Positions 8,566 through 18,858 of a DNA stretch of 33,639 nucleotides are shown here, one piece after another (positions within the stretch are counted from its first letter, which is position 1; every line of letters starts with the position of its first letter). A program made the translations under genes and the position numbers. The DNA comes from an uncultured Clostridia bacterium (GTDB taxonomy: Bacteria > Bacillota > Clostridia > TANB77 > CAG-508): NCBI GenBank assembly GCA_947589135.1, contig CANPZT010000003.1, forward strand, positions 1 through 33,639, written 5' to 3'. Below the pieces are notes generated by a model. That model had not been told where the DNA came from. It saw nothing but the letters and a program-made list of their open reading frames with translations, and did not search any database.

Positions 8566-9891
8566 TTGAAAAAAAATATTTTAAAGAAAGTTCTATTAGT
8601 ATTTTTAATATTATTATTTAATACAATAAGTTTTTTAAATTCTGTTAATGCTAGTGATATTAATAGTGCATATATACATTCCATAGGTGATTGTGGAGAA
8701 TTATTAACATATAAAGGTGTAGTAGTAAAAGCAAATTATGTTGAATATATAAAAGACGGAGAACATTATCCAGCTTATTGTATGGATAAAACAAAAGTAG
8801 GTGCTGATACTAATGGATACACTGTTTCTGTTCAAGACTCAATTAAAGATGTAGGGTTATGGAGAATGGTCATTAATGGATATCCATATAAATCTATTCA
8901 AGAATTGGGAGTAGCAAACAAGGAAGAAGCATTTACAGCAACAAAACAAGCCATTTATTGTTACATTCATGGTAATAAATTATCTGATTATGCTGCAATT
9001 GGAGTAGCAGGTCAAAGAACTTTAAATGCAATGAGTAAAATAATTAGTAATGCACAAAATTCAACAGAAACTAAAATTTCTAGCACAATAAAAATTAATA
9101 AAAACTTTACAGAGTGGAAACAAGATACTATAGAAAAAAATTATTTATCAAAAACATATGAAGTAACAGCAGGAGCCAACATTAAAAATTATAAAATCAC
9201 TTTAACAAAAGAAAATGGAGAAGATTTAGGAGGAATAAAACTAACAGATGAAAAAAATAAAGAAAAAACAGAATTTAGTCCAAATGAGAAATTCAAAATT
9301 TTAGTTCCACTTAAAAACATGAAAGAAGCAGGAAAAATTGCATTAAAAGTAGAAACAAAGATTGAAACAAAACCAATATTATATGGAACAGCTCCTAATG
9401 GTGGGCTACAAGATTATGCATTAACATGTGCAGCATATGAAGATGGTACAGGAAATGTTAAAGATGAATATTTTAAAAATGAAACAAAAATTACAATAAT
9501 TAAACAAGATGAAAAAACAAAAGATAAGTTAGAAGGTGTTGAATTTGAACTTCTAGATGAAAATAAAAATATAGCATATCAAGGATTAAAAACAAATAAA
9601 GAAGGAAAAATAGAAATAAATAATATTGTACCAGGAACGTATTATTTAAAAGAAACTAATCCAACAGATGGATATTTAGGCTATGATGAACTTATAAAAA
9701 TAGATATATCATTAAACCAACAAGTAACAATTACAGTTAATAATAATAAAGAAGACAGACCAATTATCGAAACATCTAAAAAAGAATTAGAAGTAACACA
9801 AGATGTTGTAAATCCGAATAAAGAAAAAGAAACAAAAATTGAAAAAGAAAGTATAACACAAACAAAAAAATTACCAGTTACAGGAATGTAA
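8566..9891 (+). CDS. Cys-Gln thioester-domain (TED) surface protein with a SpaA/CnaB-type domain, ending in LPVTGM
   Basis: Signal peptide; AYCMD and ATKQAIY thioester motifs; KLEGVEFEL...GTYYLKET...GY CnaB-like domain. Confidence 0.8.
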   Translation: MKKNILKKVLLVFLILLFNTISFLNSVNASDINSAYIHSIGDCGELLTYKGVVVKANYVEYIKDGEHYPAYCMDKTKVGADTNGYTVSVQDSIKDVGLWRMVINGYPYKSIQELGVANKEEAFTATKQAIYCYIHGNKLSDYAAIGVAGQRTLNAMSKIISNAQNSTETKISSTIKINKNFTEWKQDTIEKNYLSKTYEVTAGANIKNYKITLTKENGEDLGGIKLTDEKNKEKTEFSPNEKFKILVPLKNMKEAGKIALKVETKIETKPILYGTAPNGGLQDYALTCAAYEDGTGNVKDEYFKNETKITIIKQDEKTKDKLEGVEFELLDENKNIAYQGLKTNKEGKIEINNIVPGTYYLKETNPTDGYLGYDELIKIDISLNQQVTITVNNNKEDRPIIETSKKELEVTQDVVNPNKEKETKIEKESITQTKKLPVTGM

Positions 9892-9902
9892 AATATATAA
9901 AT

Positions 9903-9947
9903 AAAACTCTCTCACACATATCATTGTTATGTGTAAGAGAGTTTTTT
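9903..9947 (+). terminator. Intrinsic terminator
   Basis: AAAACTCTCT-CACACATA...TATGTGT-AAGAGAGTTTTTT. Confidence 0.75.
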
Positions 9948-10175
9948 GCAATATTAATTACTAATTTTTGTTGGTAAATGTTATGGGTTAATCATTTCTG
10001 ATAAGAAATTTATTTAATAATAATTATTATGTATTTATATAATAATCAAAATAATTTTTTAATATTGTAAAAAATACACCCTTTTTAATACAAATTTATA
10101 AAATTAATTGAAAAAAAAATAAAAAAAAGATATAATGAGAACAATATAATAAAAGAAAAAAGGAGTAAATACTAA

Positions 10176-11501
10176 ATGTTTTGGCAAATCTTAATTTTAT
10201 TAATTCTAATATTTTTAAATGCATTTTTTGCAGCAAGTGAAATTGCATTTATAACATTAAATGATGCAAAAATAGAAAAACAAGCAAAAGAAGGTAACAA
10301 AAAAGCGAAACAAATAAGGAAGATGTTAAAAGAACCAAGCAAATTTTTAGCTACAATACAAATAGGAATCACATTAGCAGGTTTTTTATCAAGTGCATTT
10401 GCATCAGAAACATTTGCAGAAAGATTAGCACCTATCTTATATAAAATAATTCCAATGATAAGTTTAGGTGTATGGAAAAGCATATCAATAGTTGTTATTA
10501 CAATAATATTATCTTTCTTTACACTAGTTTTTGGGGAATTAGTGCCAAAGAGACTAGCTATGAAAAATTATGAAAAAATAGCCTTTGGAACAATTCGAAT
10601 TATTAGAGGGTTATCTATTATAACAGCTCCATTTGTTAAATTACTAACAATCGTAACAAATGCAGTATCTAGACTATTTGGCGTAAAAGAGAACGAAGAA
10701 GAATCAGTAACAGAAGAAGAAATAAAAATGTTAGTTGATCAAGGTGAAGAAAAAGGAACTATTGAAGAGGAAGAAAAAGAATTAATTAACAATGTATTTG
10801 AATTTAACGATATTACTGTATCTGAAATTATGACACATAGAAAGGACATTTTTGCAATTGATATAAGTACAACTCCAGAATTACTAATTAATGAGCTTTC
10901 AAAAGAAGAATATCGATATAGTAGAATACCTGTATATGATGAAACAATTGATGAAATTAAAGGAATTTTATATGTAAAAGATGTATTAAAAAATATTAAT
11001 AAGAAAACATTTAAAGTTAAAAACATCATGAAAGAAGCATATTTTGTATCTCAAAATAGATTAATCAACGAAGTTTTTAAAGAGTTACAAAAAAATAAAA
11101 TTCAAATGGCAATTATTGTAGATGAATATGGTGGAACAGAAGGAATTGTAACAATGGAAGACATTTTAGAAGAATTAGTAGGTGACATTTATGATGAATA
11201 TGATGAGGAAGAAAAAGAATTTGAGCAATTAGATAAAAACACATATATTTTAAGTGGAAGTATGACAATAAATGATGTTAATAAAGTATTAGATGCTAAA
11301 ATACCAGAAGGAGATTATGATACAATATCAGGATTTTTGCAAGAAAAATTAGGAAGAATTCCTGAAGATGAGGAAACACCAATTATTGAAACGCAAGAAG
11401 TAACTTATAAGATAGAAGAATACGAAGATAAAAGAATTTTAAAAGTAAAAGCTTGTAAGAATAACGAAAAAGAAATAATAAAAGATGATGAAAATATATA
11501 A
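10176..11501 (+). CDS. HlyC/CorC (CNNM/DUF21-CBS-CorC) family transporter
   Basis: LNAFFAASEIA, FGELVPK, YSRIPVY, VDEYGGTEGIVTMEDILEELVGDI. Confidence 0.95.
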   Translation: MFWQILILLILIFLNAFFAASEIAFITLNDAKIEKQAKEGNKKAKQIRKMLKEPSKFLATIQIGITLAGFLSSAFASETFAERLAPILYKIIPMISLGVWKSISIVVITIILSFFTLVFGELVPKRLAMKNYEKIAFGTIRIIRGLSIITAPFVKLLTIVTNAVSRLFGVKENEEESVTEEEIKMLVDQGEEKGTIEEEEKELINNVFEFNDITVSEIMTHRKDIFAIDISTTPELLINELSKEEYRYSRIPVYDETIDEIKGILYVKDVLKNINKKTFKVKNIMKEAYFVSQNRLINEVFKELQKNKIQMAIIVDEYGGTEGIVTMEDILEELVGDIYDEYDEEEKEFEQLDKNTYILSGSMTINDVNKVLDAKIPEGDYDTISGFLQEKLGRIPEDEETPIIETQEVTYKIEEYEDKRILKVKACKNNEKEIIKDDENI

Positions 11502-11575
11502 AAACAATATTAATTATCGATAGTTATTTTAAGTAGAATAAAAACACAGTCAATATAACAATTATTAGAAAAGAT

Positions 11576-13333
11576 ATGTTAATGAAAGGAATGGAACTAA
11601 ATATGAAGAAAACATTTAGAATTCGTATAACAATAATAGCAATAATAGTAATTTGTGTATTTGCAATAGGTATTTATCAACTAATAAAAAACAGAAGTAA
11701 ACAATATGAAATAGAAAAAATAAATGAATATAATTATTTTGTGCTAAAACAAGATGATAAATATGGAGTTATAAACAAAAAAGGGGATATAATTATAGAA
11801 ACTCAATATGATGATGTGAAAATACCTAACCCAGAAAAGGCTGTATTTGTATGCTATACAGGAGAAAATATCAAAATATTAAATGATAAAAAAGAAATAA
11901 TTTTAACACAATATCAAAAAGTAGAAGCAATTAGATTAAAAAATATTGCAAGTGATTTAATGTATGAAAAAAGCGTATTAAAATATGAAGAAAACGGAAA
12001 ATATGGATTAATTAATTTTGAAGGAAAAAAGATAACAAAGGCAATTTATGATGAAATAGATAGTTTACCTTATAAAGAGGGAGAATTAATTGTAAAACAA
12101 GATGGGAAATATGGTGTAATTAATATTAAGGGAAACAAAAAAGTAAATATTGAATATGATCAAATTTCAGTGGATGGATATTACACAGAAGACAATCAAT
12201 ATAAATATGCTGGATACATTGTTTCAAATACTACAGAAGAAGGATATAGATATGGATATATTAATTATAATGGAGAGAAGATTGAAGAGGTAGAATATAA
12301 TGAATTATCTAGAGTAACACATATAGAAGATAATGAAAATGTTTATATAATATGCGCAAAAAATGGTCAATATGGTGTAACGAAAAATGGAAAAGAGTTA
12401 ATAACAAACGAATATCAATCTATTCATTATGATGAAGCGAATAAACTTTTTTCAATTGAAAAAAGCAAAAAATATGGTGTTGCAGACTTAAATGGCAAAA
12501 TGATAATACCTGTGGAATATCAACAGATTGATATTACAGGAATTTATTTATATGCTCAAAACAACCAAGGAACTACAGTATATAGTGCTCAAGGAAATCA
12601 GGTAAATATTGATACAGATATAGCAATATTAGAAACACAAAATGAAAAATACAGAATAAGAATTAATAGTAGTAAACAAAATGGATATGGTGTTATTGGA
12701 AAAGATGGAAAACAAATTATAGAAGAAAAATACAATTATATAGAATATTTGTATGATAACTACTTTATCGTAAGCAATGAGAATTCAAAATTAGGAGTAA
12801 TTGATGATAAAGAAAATGTAAAAATAGAAATCAAATATGATTCTATACAAAAGATAGAAAATACACAAATAATTCAAACAACTTTAACACAAGAAAACAC
12901 AACTCAATTATATTCTAATGAAATGAACCAAATATGTGATATAGAAAATGCATTAGTAGAGACAAAAGATAATTATATAAAAATATATAACGGGGAACAA
13001 ACAAAATATTTTGATAAAGAAGGAAAAGAATTAACCAATACAGAAGTTTATCCAAATAATAAATTATTTGCAAAAAAAGAAAATGAACAATGGGGATTTG
13101 CAGATAAAAATGGAAATGTAGTTGTAGATTGTAAATACGAAAAAGTAACAGAATTTAATGAATATGGTTTTGCAGCAGTAAAATTAGATGATAAATGGGG
13201 AGTTATTAATTCACAAGGAAAGGAAGTTCTAGAACCAACATATGAATTAAAAGAGCAGATAGAACCATCATTTATAGGCAAATATTATAAAATAACATAT
13301 GGATTTGGAGAATTTTATTATACAGATGACTAA
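11576..13333 (+). CDS. WG-repeat (KYG/KWG) membrane-anchored extracellular protein; start may be 11603
   Basis: N-terminal TM; repeated KYGVIN.KG...I...YD units and KWGVIN. Confidence 0.85.
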   Translation: MLMKGMELNMKKTFRIRITIIAIIVICVFAIGIYQLIKNRSKQYEIEKINEYNYFVLKQDDKYGVINKKGDIIIETQYDDVKIPNPEKAVFVCYTGENIKILNDKKEIILTQYQKVEAIRLKNIASDLMYEKSVLKYEENGKYGLINFEGKKITKAIYDEIDSLPYKEGELIVKQDGKYGVINIKGNKKVNIEYDQISVDGYYTEDNQYKYAGYIVSNTTEEGYRYGYINYNGEKIEEVEYNELSRVTHIEDNENVYIICAKNGQYGVTKNGKELITNEYQSIHYDEANKLFSIEKSKKYGVADLNGKMIIPVEYQQIDITGIYLYAQNNQGTTVYSAQGNQVNIDTDIAILETQNEKYRIRINSSKQNGYGVIGKDGKQIIEEKYNYIEYLYDNYFIVSNENSKLGVIDDKENVKIEIKYDSIQKIENTQIIQTTLTQENTTQLYSNEMNQICDIENALVETKDNYIKIYNGEQTKYFDKEGKELTNTEVYPNNKLFAKKENEQWGFADKNGNVVVDCKYEKVTEFNEYGFAAVKLDDKWGVINSQGKEVLEPTYELKEQIEPSFIGKYYKITYGFGEFYYTDD

Positions 13334-13348
13334 GGAATATATGCCAAA

Positions 13349-13463
13349 GGTTGCCGAGTGTTGCAGGGGGTTGCCAAGGGTTCCAAGGTTGCCAATGGTT
13401 CCGGGTTTAAATGGCAATTAAATTTGCCATTTAAACCCGGAACCTTTGGCAACCCTTGGCAAC
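13349..13463. repeat. GC-rich palindromic element, copy 2
   Basis: Same 21-bp arms GGTTCCGGGTTTAAATGGCAA / TTGCCATTTAAACCCGGAACC around a 6-nt loop, with GGTTGCCAAG-like subrepeats outside. Confidence 0.85.
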
Positions 13464-13529
13464 TTTTTTTGATTAAATTCATATAAAGAAGTAAATACTA
13501 TTATAAATAAAAAAAGAAGGTGTTTTTAT

Positions 13530-14390
13530 TTGAAACTTGGAGTGGCACTATCAGGTGGAGGTATTAGAGGAATTGCACATGCAGGAGCTTTAAAAGCATT
13601 AGAAGATAATAATATCAAAGTAGATATTATTGGAGGAACAAGCTCAGGTGCAATAGTAGCATCATTATATGCAATGGGTTATTCACCTTATTATATCTAC
13701 ATATTATTTAAAAGATATGCTGGTGAGTTAAGTGAAATTGAGTCAGGTCCTATTATAACCGGAATAGGGGATTTTATGTTTAATAAAAAAGTTTCTATAA
13801 ATGGGTTTAAAAATGGAGAAAATATTGAAAATGCATATCAAAATCTAGCACTAAGAAAAGGAGTAAAAAAAATAAGTGACATTACAAAAATGCCATTAGT
13901 AATACCAGCAGTAGATGTTGTAGATTCAAAAAAATATATTTTTACAAATCAAATTCCAATTGGAACTAAAAAAAAGAGCCGTTATATAACAGATATTTCA
14001 ATAGGAAAAGCAGTAAGAGCAAGTAGTAGTTTTCCTTGTATTTTTTCTCCATGTGACTTCAAAAAACACAAATTTTTAGATGGTGGGGTATTAGATAATG
14101 TACCAGTAGAAGAAGTGAAAAAGCAGGGAGCAGACAAAGTAATTGCAATTAATTTTAAAGCAGATGATATTGATGATGAAAGTAATATGATGGATATTGC
14201 AATGAGAACAATTGATATAATGGGGAATAAAATATCTGAAGAAAGTCTTCAAAAAAGTGATTTTATTTTAACAATTCAAACAGATAAAACAGGACTTTTA
14301 GAAGTAGATAAGCTAGATGACTGCTATCAATATGGTTATCATGCTATGATGGATAATTTAGAAAATATTAAGGAGATAATTTTTGAGTAA
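13530..14390 (+). CDS. Patatin-like phospholipase
   Basis: GGGIRG, GTSSG and DGG motifs; TTG start. Confidence 0.93.
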   Translation: MKLGVALSGGGIRGIAHAGALKALEDNNIKVDIIGGTSSGAIVASLYAMGYSPYYIYILFKRYAGELSEIESGPIITGIGDFMFNKKVSINGFKNGENIENAYQNLALRKGVKKISDITKMPLVIPAVDVVDSKKYIFTNQIPIGTKKKSRYITDISIGKAVRASSSFPCIFSPCDFKKHKFLDGGVLDNVPVEEVKKQGADKVIAINFKADDIDDESNMMDIAMRTIDIMGNKISEESLQKSDFILTIQTDKTGLLEVDKLDDCYQYGYHAMMDNLENIKEIIFE

Positions 14391-14466
14391 ATAAACAAAA
14401 TTTTACTTATTACAAAAAATATGATAAAATTTTAATAATATTATTTAAAATATTAAGGGTGAAAAA

Positions 14467-16260
14467 ATGTTTATCATTGAAGAAGAACTAAAGAAATTGC
14501 CTAGTAAACCAGGGGTATACATTATGCGAGACAAAGACGACAACATTATTTATGTAGGAAAAGCAATTTCTTTAAAAAATAGAGTAAGACAATATTTCAG
14601 AAAAACTAATAAAACAGCAAGAATTGAAAAAATGGTAAGTTTAATTGACCATTTTGAATATATTGTTGTAGATAATGAAGCAGAAGCATTAATTTTAGAG
14701 TGTAATTTAATCAAAAAAAATAGACCTAAATTTAATGTTTTATTAAAAGATGACAAAACATACCCTTATATCAAAGTAGACTTAAAATCAGAATTTCCAG
14801 GCGTTTATATTACAAGAAGGCTAATAAATGATGGTTCAAAATATTTTGGACCATATGCAAACCCAGGAAGCGCAAAAGAAATGCTAGATTTTATAAAACA
14901 GAAATACAAAATTCATCAATGTAGATCAATAAAAGAAAGGACAAGACCATGTTTAAATTACCACATAAAGAGATGTTTAGCACCATGTATGGGATATGTA
15001 AAAAAAGAAGAATACATGAAACAAATTCATGAAATTATGGACTTGCTAGAAGGAAAAACAGACAAACTTTTAAAAGAATTAGAAACACAAATGCAAGAAG
15101 AATCAGAAAAAATGAATTTCGAAAAAGCAGCAGAAATACGAGATAGAATACAAGCAATTGACAGAGTATCAGCTAAACAAAAGGTATCTAATATTTCAGA
15201 AAATAGCATTGATGTAATTGGAATTGCAAAATCTGAATTACAAGTGTGCATAGAAATATTTTTTGTACGTGGCAGCAAAATGATAGGAAGAGAGCATTAT
15301 TTTTATAGCGAATTAAAAGATATGGAAGATAAAGAAATCTTATCTGGATTTATAAAGCAATATTATTTAGACAATCCAAATATTCCAAATAAAATTATGA
15401 TAAGAGAAGAAATTGACGATAAAAAAGCAATTGAAGAATGGTTATCCACAGTTTTAGGAAGAAAAGTGGAAATTAAGACACCAAAAAAAGGAGAAAAATT
15501 ACGTTTTGTAGAAATGGCAGAAATGAATAGTAAAGTTACATTAGAAAATAGAGAAAAAGATAAAAGTGAAGTGTTACTAGAATTAAAAGAAGTGCTACAA
15601 TTAGAAAAAATGCCAAGAAAAATTGAAACATATGACATTTCTAATATTTCAGGAGAATATATGGTAGCAGCAATGTGTGTTATGCAAGATGGAATTATAA
15701 AAAAGAATTTGTCAAGAAGATTTAAAATAAAAACAGTTTACTCACAAGATGATCCAAAATGTATGGAAGAGGTAATTACAAGAAGATTAAAACATTCTAT
15801 TGAAAATCCAAATGGGGGATTTGGAAAATTACCTGATGTAATTTTTGCAGATGGTGGAATTACACAAATAAGGGCAACTAAAAATGCAATTGAAAAATAT
15901 AAATTAAATATTCCTGTATTTGGAATGGTAAAAAATGATAAGCACCAAACAAGAGCTTTAATGGATGAAGATAGAAAAGAGTTAGAAATATCAGAAAATC
16001 TAATGAACTTAATTACTAGATTTCAAGATACAGTTCATGATACTGCAATTACATATCATAGAAAAGTAAGAGATAAACAAATTACAAAATCAGAATTAGA
16101 TGATATTGATGGAATTGGAAAAGTTAAGAAACAAGCATTATTAAAAAAGTTCGGAAGCCTAGAACAAATAAAAAAAGCGACTATAGAAGAATTGATAAAT
16201 GTAAAAGGAATTACAGAAGAATTAGCAAAAAGGATAATAGAAAACTTAAATAGAAATTAA
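14467..16260 (+). CDS. uvrC: Excinuclease ABC subunit C
   Basis: GIY-YIG N-terminus (PGVY...YVGKAISLKNRV), UVR domain, DISN, DGG and C-terminal HhH. Confidence 0.97.
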   Translation: MFIIEEELKKLPSKPGVYIMRDKDDNIIYVGKAISLKNRVRQYFRKTNKTARIEKMVSLIDHFEYIVVDNEAEALILECNLIKKNRPKFNVLLKDDKTYPYIKVDLKSEFPGVYITRRLINDGSKYFGPYANPGSAKEMLDFIKQKYKIHQCRSIKERTRPCLNYHIKRCLAPCMGYVKKEEYMKQIHEIMDLLEGKTDKLLKELETQMQEESEKMNFEKAAEIRDRIQAIDRVSAKQKVSNISENSIDVIGIAKSELQVCIEIFFVRGSKMIGREHYFYSELKDMEDKEILSGFIKQYYLDNPNIPNKIMIREEIDDKKAIEEWLSTVLGRKVEIKTPKKGEKLRFVEMAEMNSKVTLENREKDKSEVLLELKEVLQLEKMPRKIETYDISNISGEYMVAAMCVMQDGIIKKNLSRRFKIKTVYSQDDPKCMEEVITRRLKHSIENPNGGFGKLPDVIFADGGITQIRATKNAIEKYKLNIPVFGMVKNDKHQTRALMDEDRKELEISENLMNLITRFQDTVHDTAITYHRKVRDKQITKSELDDIDGIGKVKKQALLKKFGSLEQIKKATIEELINVKGITEELAKRIIENLNRN

Positions 16261-16307
16261 TAGAATAATAAAAAATGAATGAAATAATATAAATGTAATA
16301 AATAATT

Positions 16308-16340
16308 AAACACAGCTAAGACAAAGTCTTAGCTGTGTTT
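16308..16340. terminator. Bidirectional terminator hairpin
   Basis: AAACACAGCTAAGAC-AAA-GTCTTAGCTGTGTTT between convergent genes. Confidence 0.8.
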
Positions 16341-16496
16341 GTCATTATATCGTTCGAAAGTTTTATTATTCTTTCGAATCGATGCATTAACTTTAAGTCC
16401 AGCGGGAAAGCTGTCCTTAATTGGTTTAGTAACCTTAAGATAATATAAAATTATCAAAAGATACCCAAACAACACTACTAAAGCTGCTTTTTTCAT
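16329..16496 (-). CDS. Small hypothetical protein (55 aa) with an N-terminal hydrophobic helix
   Basis: GGAGGTG SD before ATG 16496; TTGAAT-16-TATAAT candidate promoter at 16582-16555. Confidence 0.55.
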   Translation of the reverse strand: MKKAALVVLFGYLLIILYYLKVTKPIKDSFPAGLKVNASIRKNNKTFERYNDKHS

Positions 16497-16718
16497 AAGG
16501 ATACACCTCCATAATAAAAGCAAAACGGGAAAATCCCAATTAATAGTTGTTTATATTATAACAGAAATATAAAAAAATTCAAGAATTGTAAATCTTCAAT
16601 AAAATTTTATGAAGAAATAGAAAAATGTAAAATTTTGCGAACGATTTTTATTAAAATTAGGAATAAAATTAAATTAAGTGAATATACATATAGAAACAAA
16701 AAATAAGGGGGATTTTTT

Positions 16719-16928
16719 ATGGAATATACAAAAGATGTTTTTTTCAAAGTTAATTATAATACAGATTTAAACAGATTAGAAATAACAGAGGAAAGTTGGA
16801 CAAGCAAACTAATCAAAAAGATTAAAAATCATAAATTATTAACAACTATAGTTATTGCATTTGCGATGTTTTCTACCTTAAACATTGCTATGATTTATAG
16901 TTTTATGAAAATTCTACAAAATATTTGA
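16719..16928 (+). CDS. Small hypothetical membrane protein (69 aa)
   Basis: AAGGGGG SD; C-terminal TM; host-like codon use. Confidence 0.7.
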   Translation: MEYTKDVFFKVNYNTDLNRLEITEESWTSKLIKKIKNHKLLTTIVIAFAMFSTLNIAMIYSFMKILQNI

Positions 16929-16929
16929 A

Positions 16930-17021
16930 ATTAAGGAAAAAATGAAGTATGATATGGAGGTGGCAATATGAGTTCAAAATATCCTATATTACCACCTATA
17001 ATCAAATTTATTAATTCATGA
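16930..17021 (+). pseudogene. Possible remnant of a hicB-hicA-type toxin-antitoxin junction
   Basis: Strong GGAGGTG SD and a 17-codon ORF MSSKYPILPPIIK at 16968 resembling HicA N-termini, with ATGA coupling to an upstream fragment ...KYDMEVAI*. Confidence 0.35.
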
Positions 17022-17169
17022 ATATAATTTTTATCTAATTAAAAATTCAAAAAAATTTAAAATATTTATAATAAATCAATTTTTTAAGATATACTTTATT
17101 CCAAATTAAAATTTACAATAATATAGAAATATGATAAAATAAAAAAAATTTTATAAGAGGAGATAAAGT

Positions 17170-18825
17170 ATGCAAATCAAAGAAAAATTCAAATCTATTC
17201 CACAATTATTAAAAAGAATTTTTGAAAAATTTCCAATAACAATGATTGCAATTTTGCTAAGTACAACTTTTATTGCAATTACTTTAGATACTAATTTTAT
17301 AAAGCCAAAAACGATAGAAAATATCATGTTTTTCATTTTATATTTTGTATCAGGAAGTTTTTTGGCAGAAGCATTATTTGAAAAAAATAATACTAAAAGA
17401 AATTTATCATATATAGCATCTGCTATTATTTCAGTTATATTAGTTATAATTCATAATATAGAATTTAGTAGAGAAAATATAGAAAATTTAATATGGAAAA
17501 TTTCATTTTGTTATGTTTTAACACTAGGAATTTTATCAATATACACTATTTTCAAAAAATCAAAAAAAGATTTTAAAGAATATCTATTAAAGGTATTTAT
17601 TAATATGACAAAAACCAGTGCTATATATATAGTTTTATCAATAGGAATATCAATTGTTTCAGCAATTTTTGTATATTTAATATGGGAAAAAATAGGATAC
17701 ACATTAGTTCTTAGGTTAGAAATCCTTTTATTAGGATTTTATTATATTCCAAAATTAATATATAGTTTAGTAGATGTAGATGGAGAAGTGAATGGATTTT
17801 TCAAAGGATTGATAAAATATGTTTTAACTACATTAGTTATAATATCTTTTGCTATTATATATGTATATATTCTTAAAATACTTATTTTAAGAGATATGCC
17901 AAAAAATCAAATATTCAGAATTTTATCAGCACTATTCATAATAGGAATACCTATTTGGACAATGATGCAACACTTTCAAGATAAAAGTATTTGGGACAAA
18001 ATAAGTTCAAAATTACCAATTGCGTTTATTCCATTTGTATTTTTACAAATATATACGATAGGAATTAGAATTGCAGACAATGGATTTACACCATTAAGAT
18101 ATATTTGTGTTGCATTAGTTTTATTTGAAATTGTGTATATTTTAATATATCTTTTAAAAAGAGAAAAGTTAGAAATTTTGCTATTAATAATTGATGCAAT
18201 AGCTATTATTTCATTAATTATCCCAGGTATTAATATGTTCAGCATTTCAAATATGAGTCAAGCACATGCACTAAAAACATTAAAAAATCAATCTGACTAT
18301 ACAGATGAAGAAAAAGAAAGAATATATGGAGCATACACATATCTAAAAGATTCTGAAGATGGAAAAAAATATATTAATAAAATATTAAATAGTGAAGATA
18401 TTGATAAAATAAAAAGCTTCAGCAAAGTAAATAAAAATACTAGGTATTCTGGCACAACATATATAAACGTAAATGCTAATAATCAAAAAGTTGAGGTAGA
18501 AGGATATAAAACTTTATATCAAATTAGTGTTTCTGATTATAATAGTAATAGCATAGAAAAAGCATTCAGCGAACTTAAATTAGAATATGAATATATGGAT
18601 TCCAAAGATAATATAAAAGTTAATCTAAAAAAGGAATTTGAAAAATATATTGATATTTATTTTGATTTAGGAGGAGAAGAATTAGATGACTATTTCGAAA
18701 GTCATAATGAAATACAGATAGAAGATAGCAAAAAACTTATTATAAAATCTTTCTATTTAAATTATGAAGAAGATTCAAAATTAGTAAAAGGCTATTCTAT
18801 TCAAGGATACTTATTGGAAAAATAG
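17170..18825 (+). CDS. Polytopic membrane protein, DUF4153-like
   Basis: About 10-11 TMs; motif IRIADNGFTPLRY. Confidence 0.75.
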   Translation: MQIKEKFKSIPQLLKRIFEKFPITMIAILLSTTFIAITLDTNFIKPKTIENIMFFILYFVSGSFLAEALFEKNNTKRNLSYIASAIISVILVIIHNIEFSRENIENLIWKISFCYVLTLGILSIYTIFKKSKKDFKEYLLKVFINMTKTSAIYIVLSIGISIVSAIFVYLIWEKIGYTLVLRLEILLLGFYYIPKLIYSLVDVDGEVNGFFKGLIKYVLTTLVIISFAIIYVYILKILILRDMPKNQIFRILSALFIIGIPIWTMMQHFQDKSIWDKISSKLPIAFIPFVFLQIYTIGIRIADNGFTPLRYICVALVLFEIVYILIYLLKREKLEILLLIIDAIAIISLIIPGINMFSISNMSQAHALKTLKNQSDYTDEEKERIYGAYTYLKDSEDGKKYINKILNSEDIDKIKSFSKVNKNTRYSGTTYINVNANNQKVEVEGYKTLYQISVSDYNSNSIEKAFSELKLEYEYMDSKDNIKVNLKKEFEKYIDIYFDLGGEELDDYFESHNEIQIEDSKKLIIKSFYLNYEEDSKLVKGYSIQGYLLEK

Positions 18826-18858
18826 ATAAAATATAAAAAATAGGAGATAAAAAAAGTT

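Noticed and set aside
234-15638. Antisense ORFs over gatB, tagO, the kinase, hlyC and uvrC (e.g. 3877..4689 -)
   Set aside because: Typical antisense shadows of strongly biased genes; the sense genes carry clear motifs.
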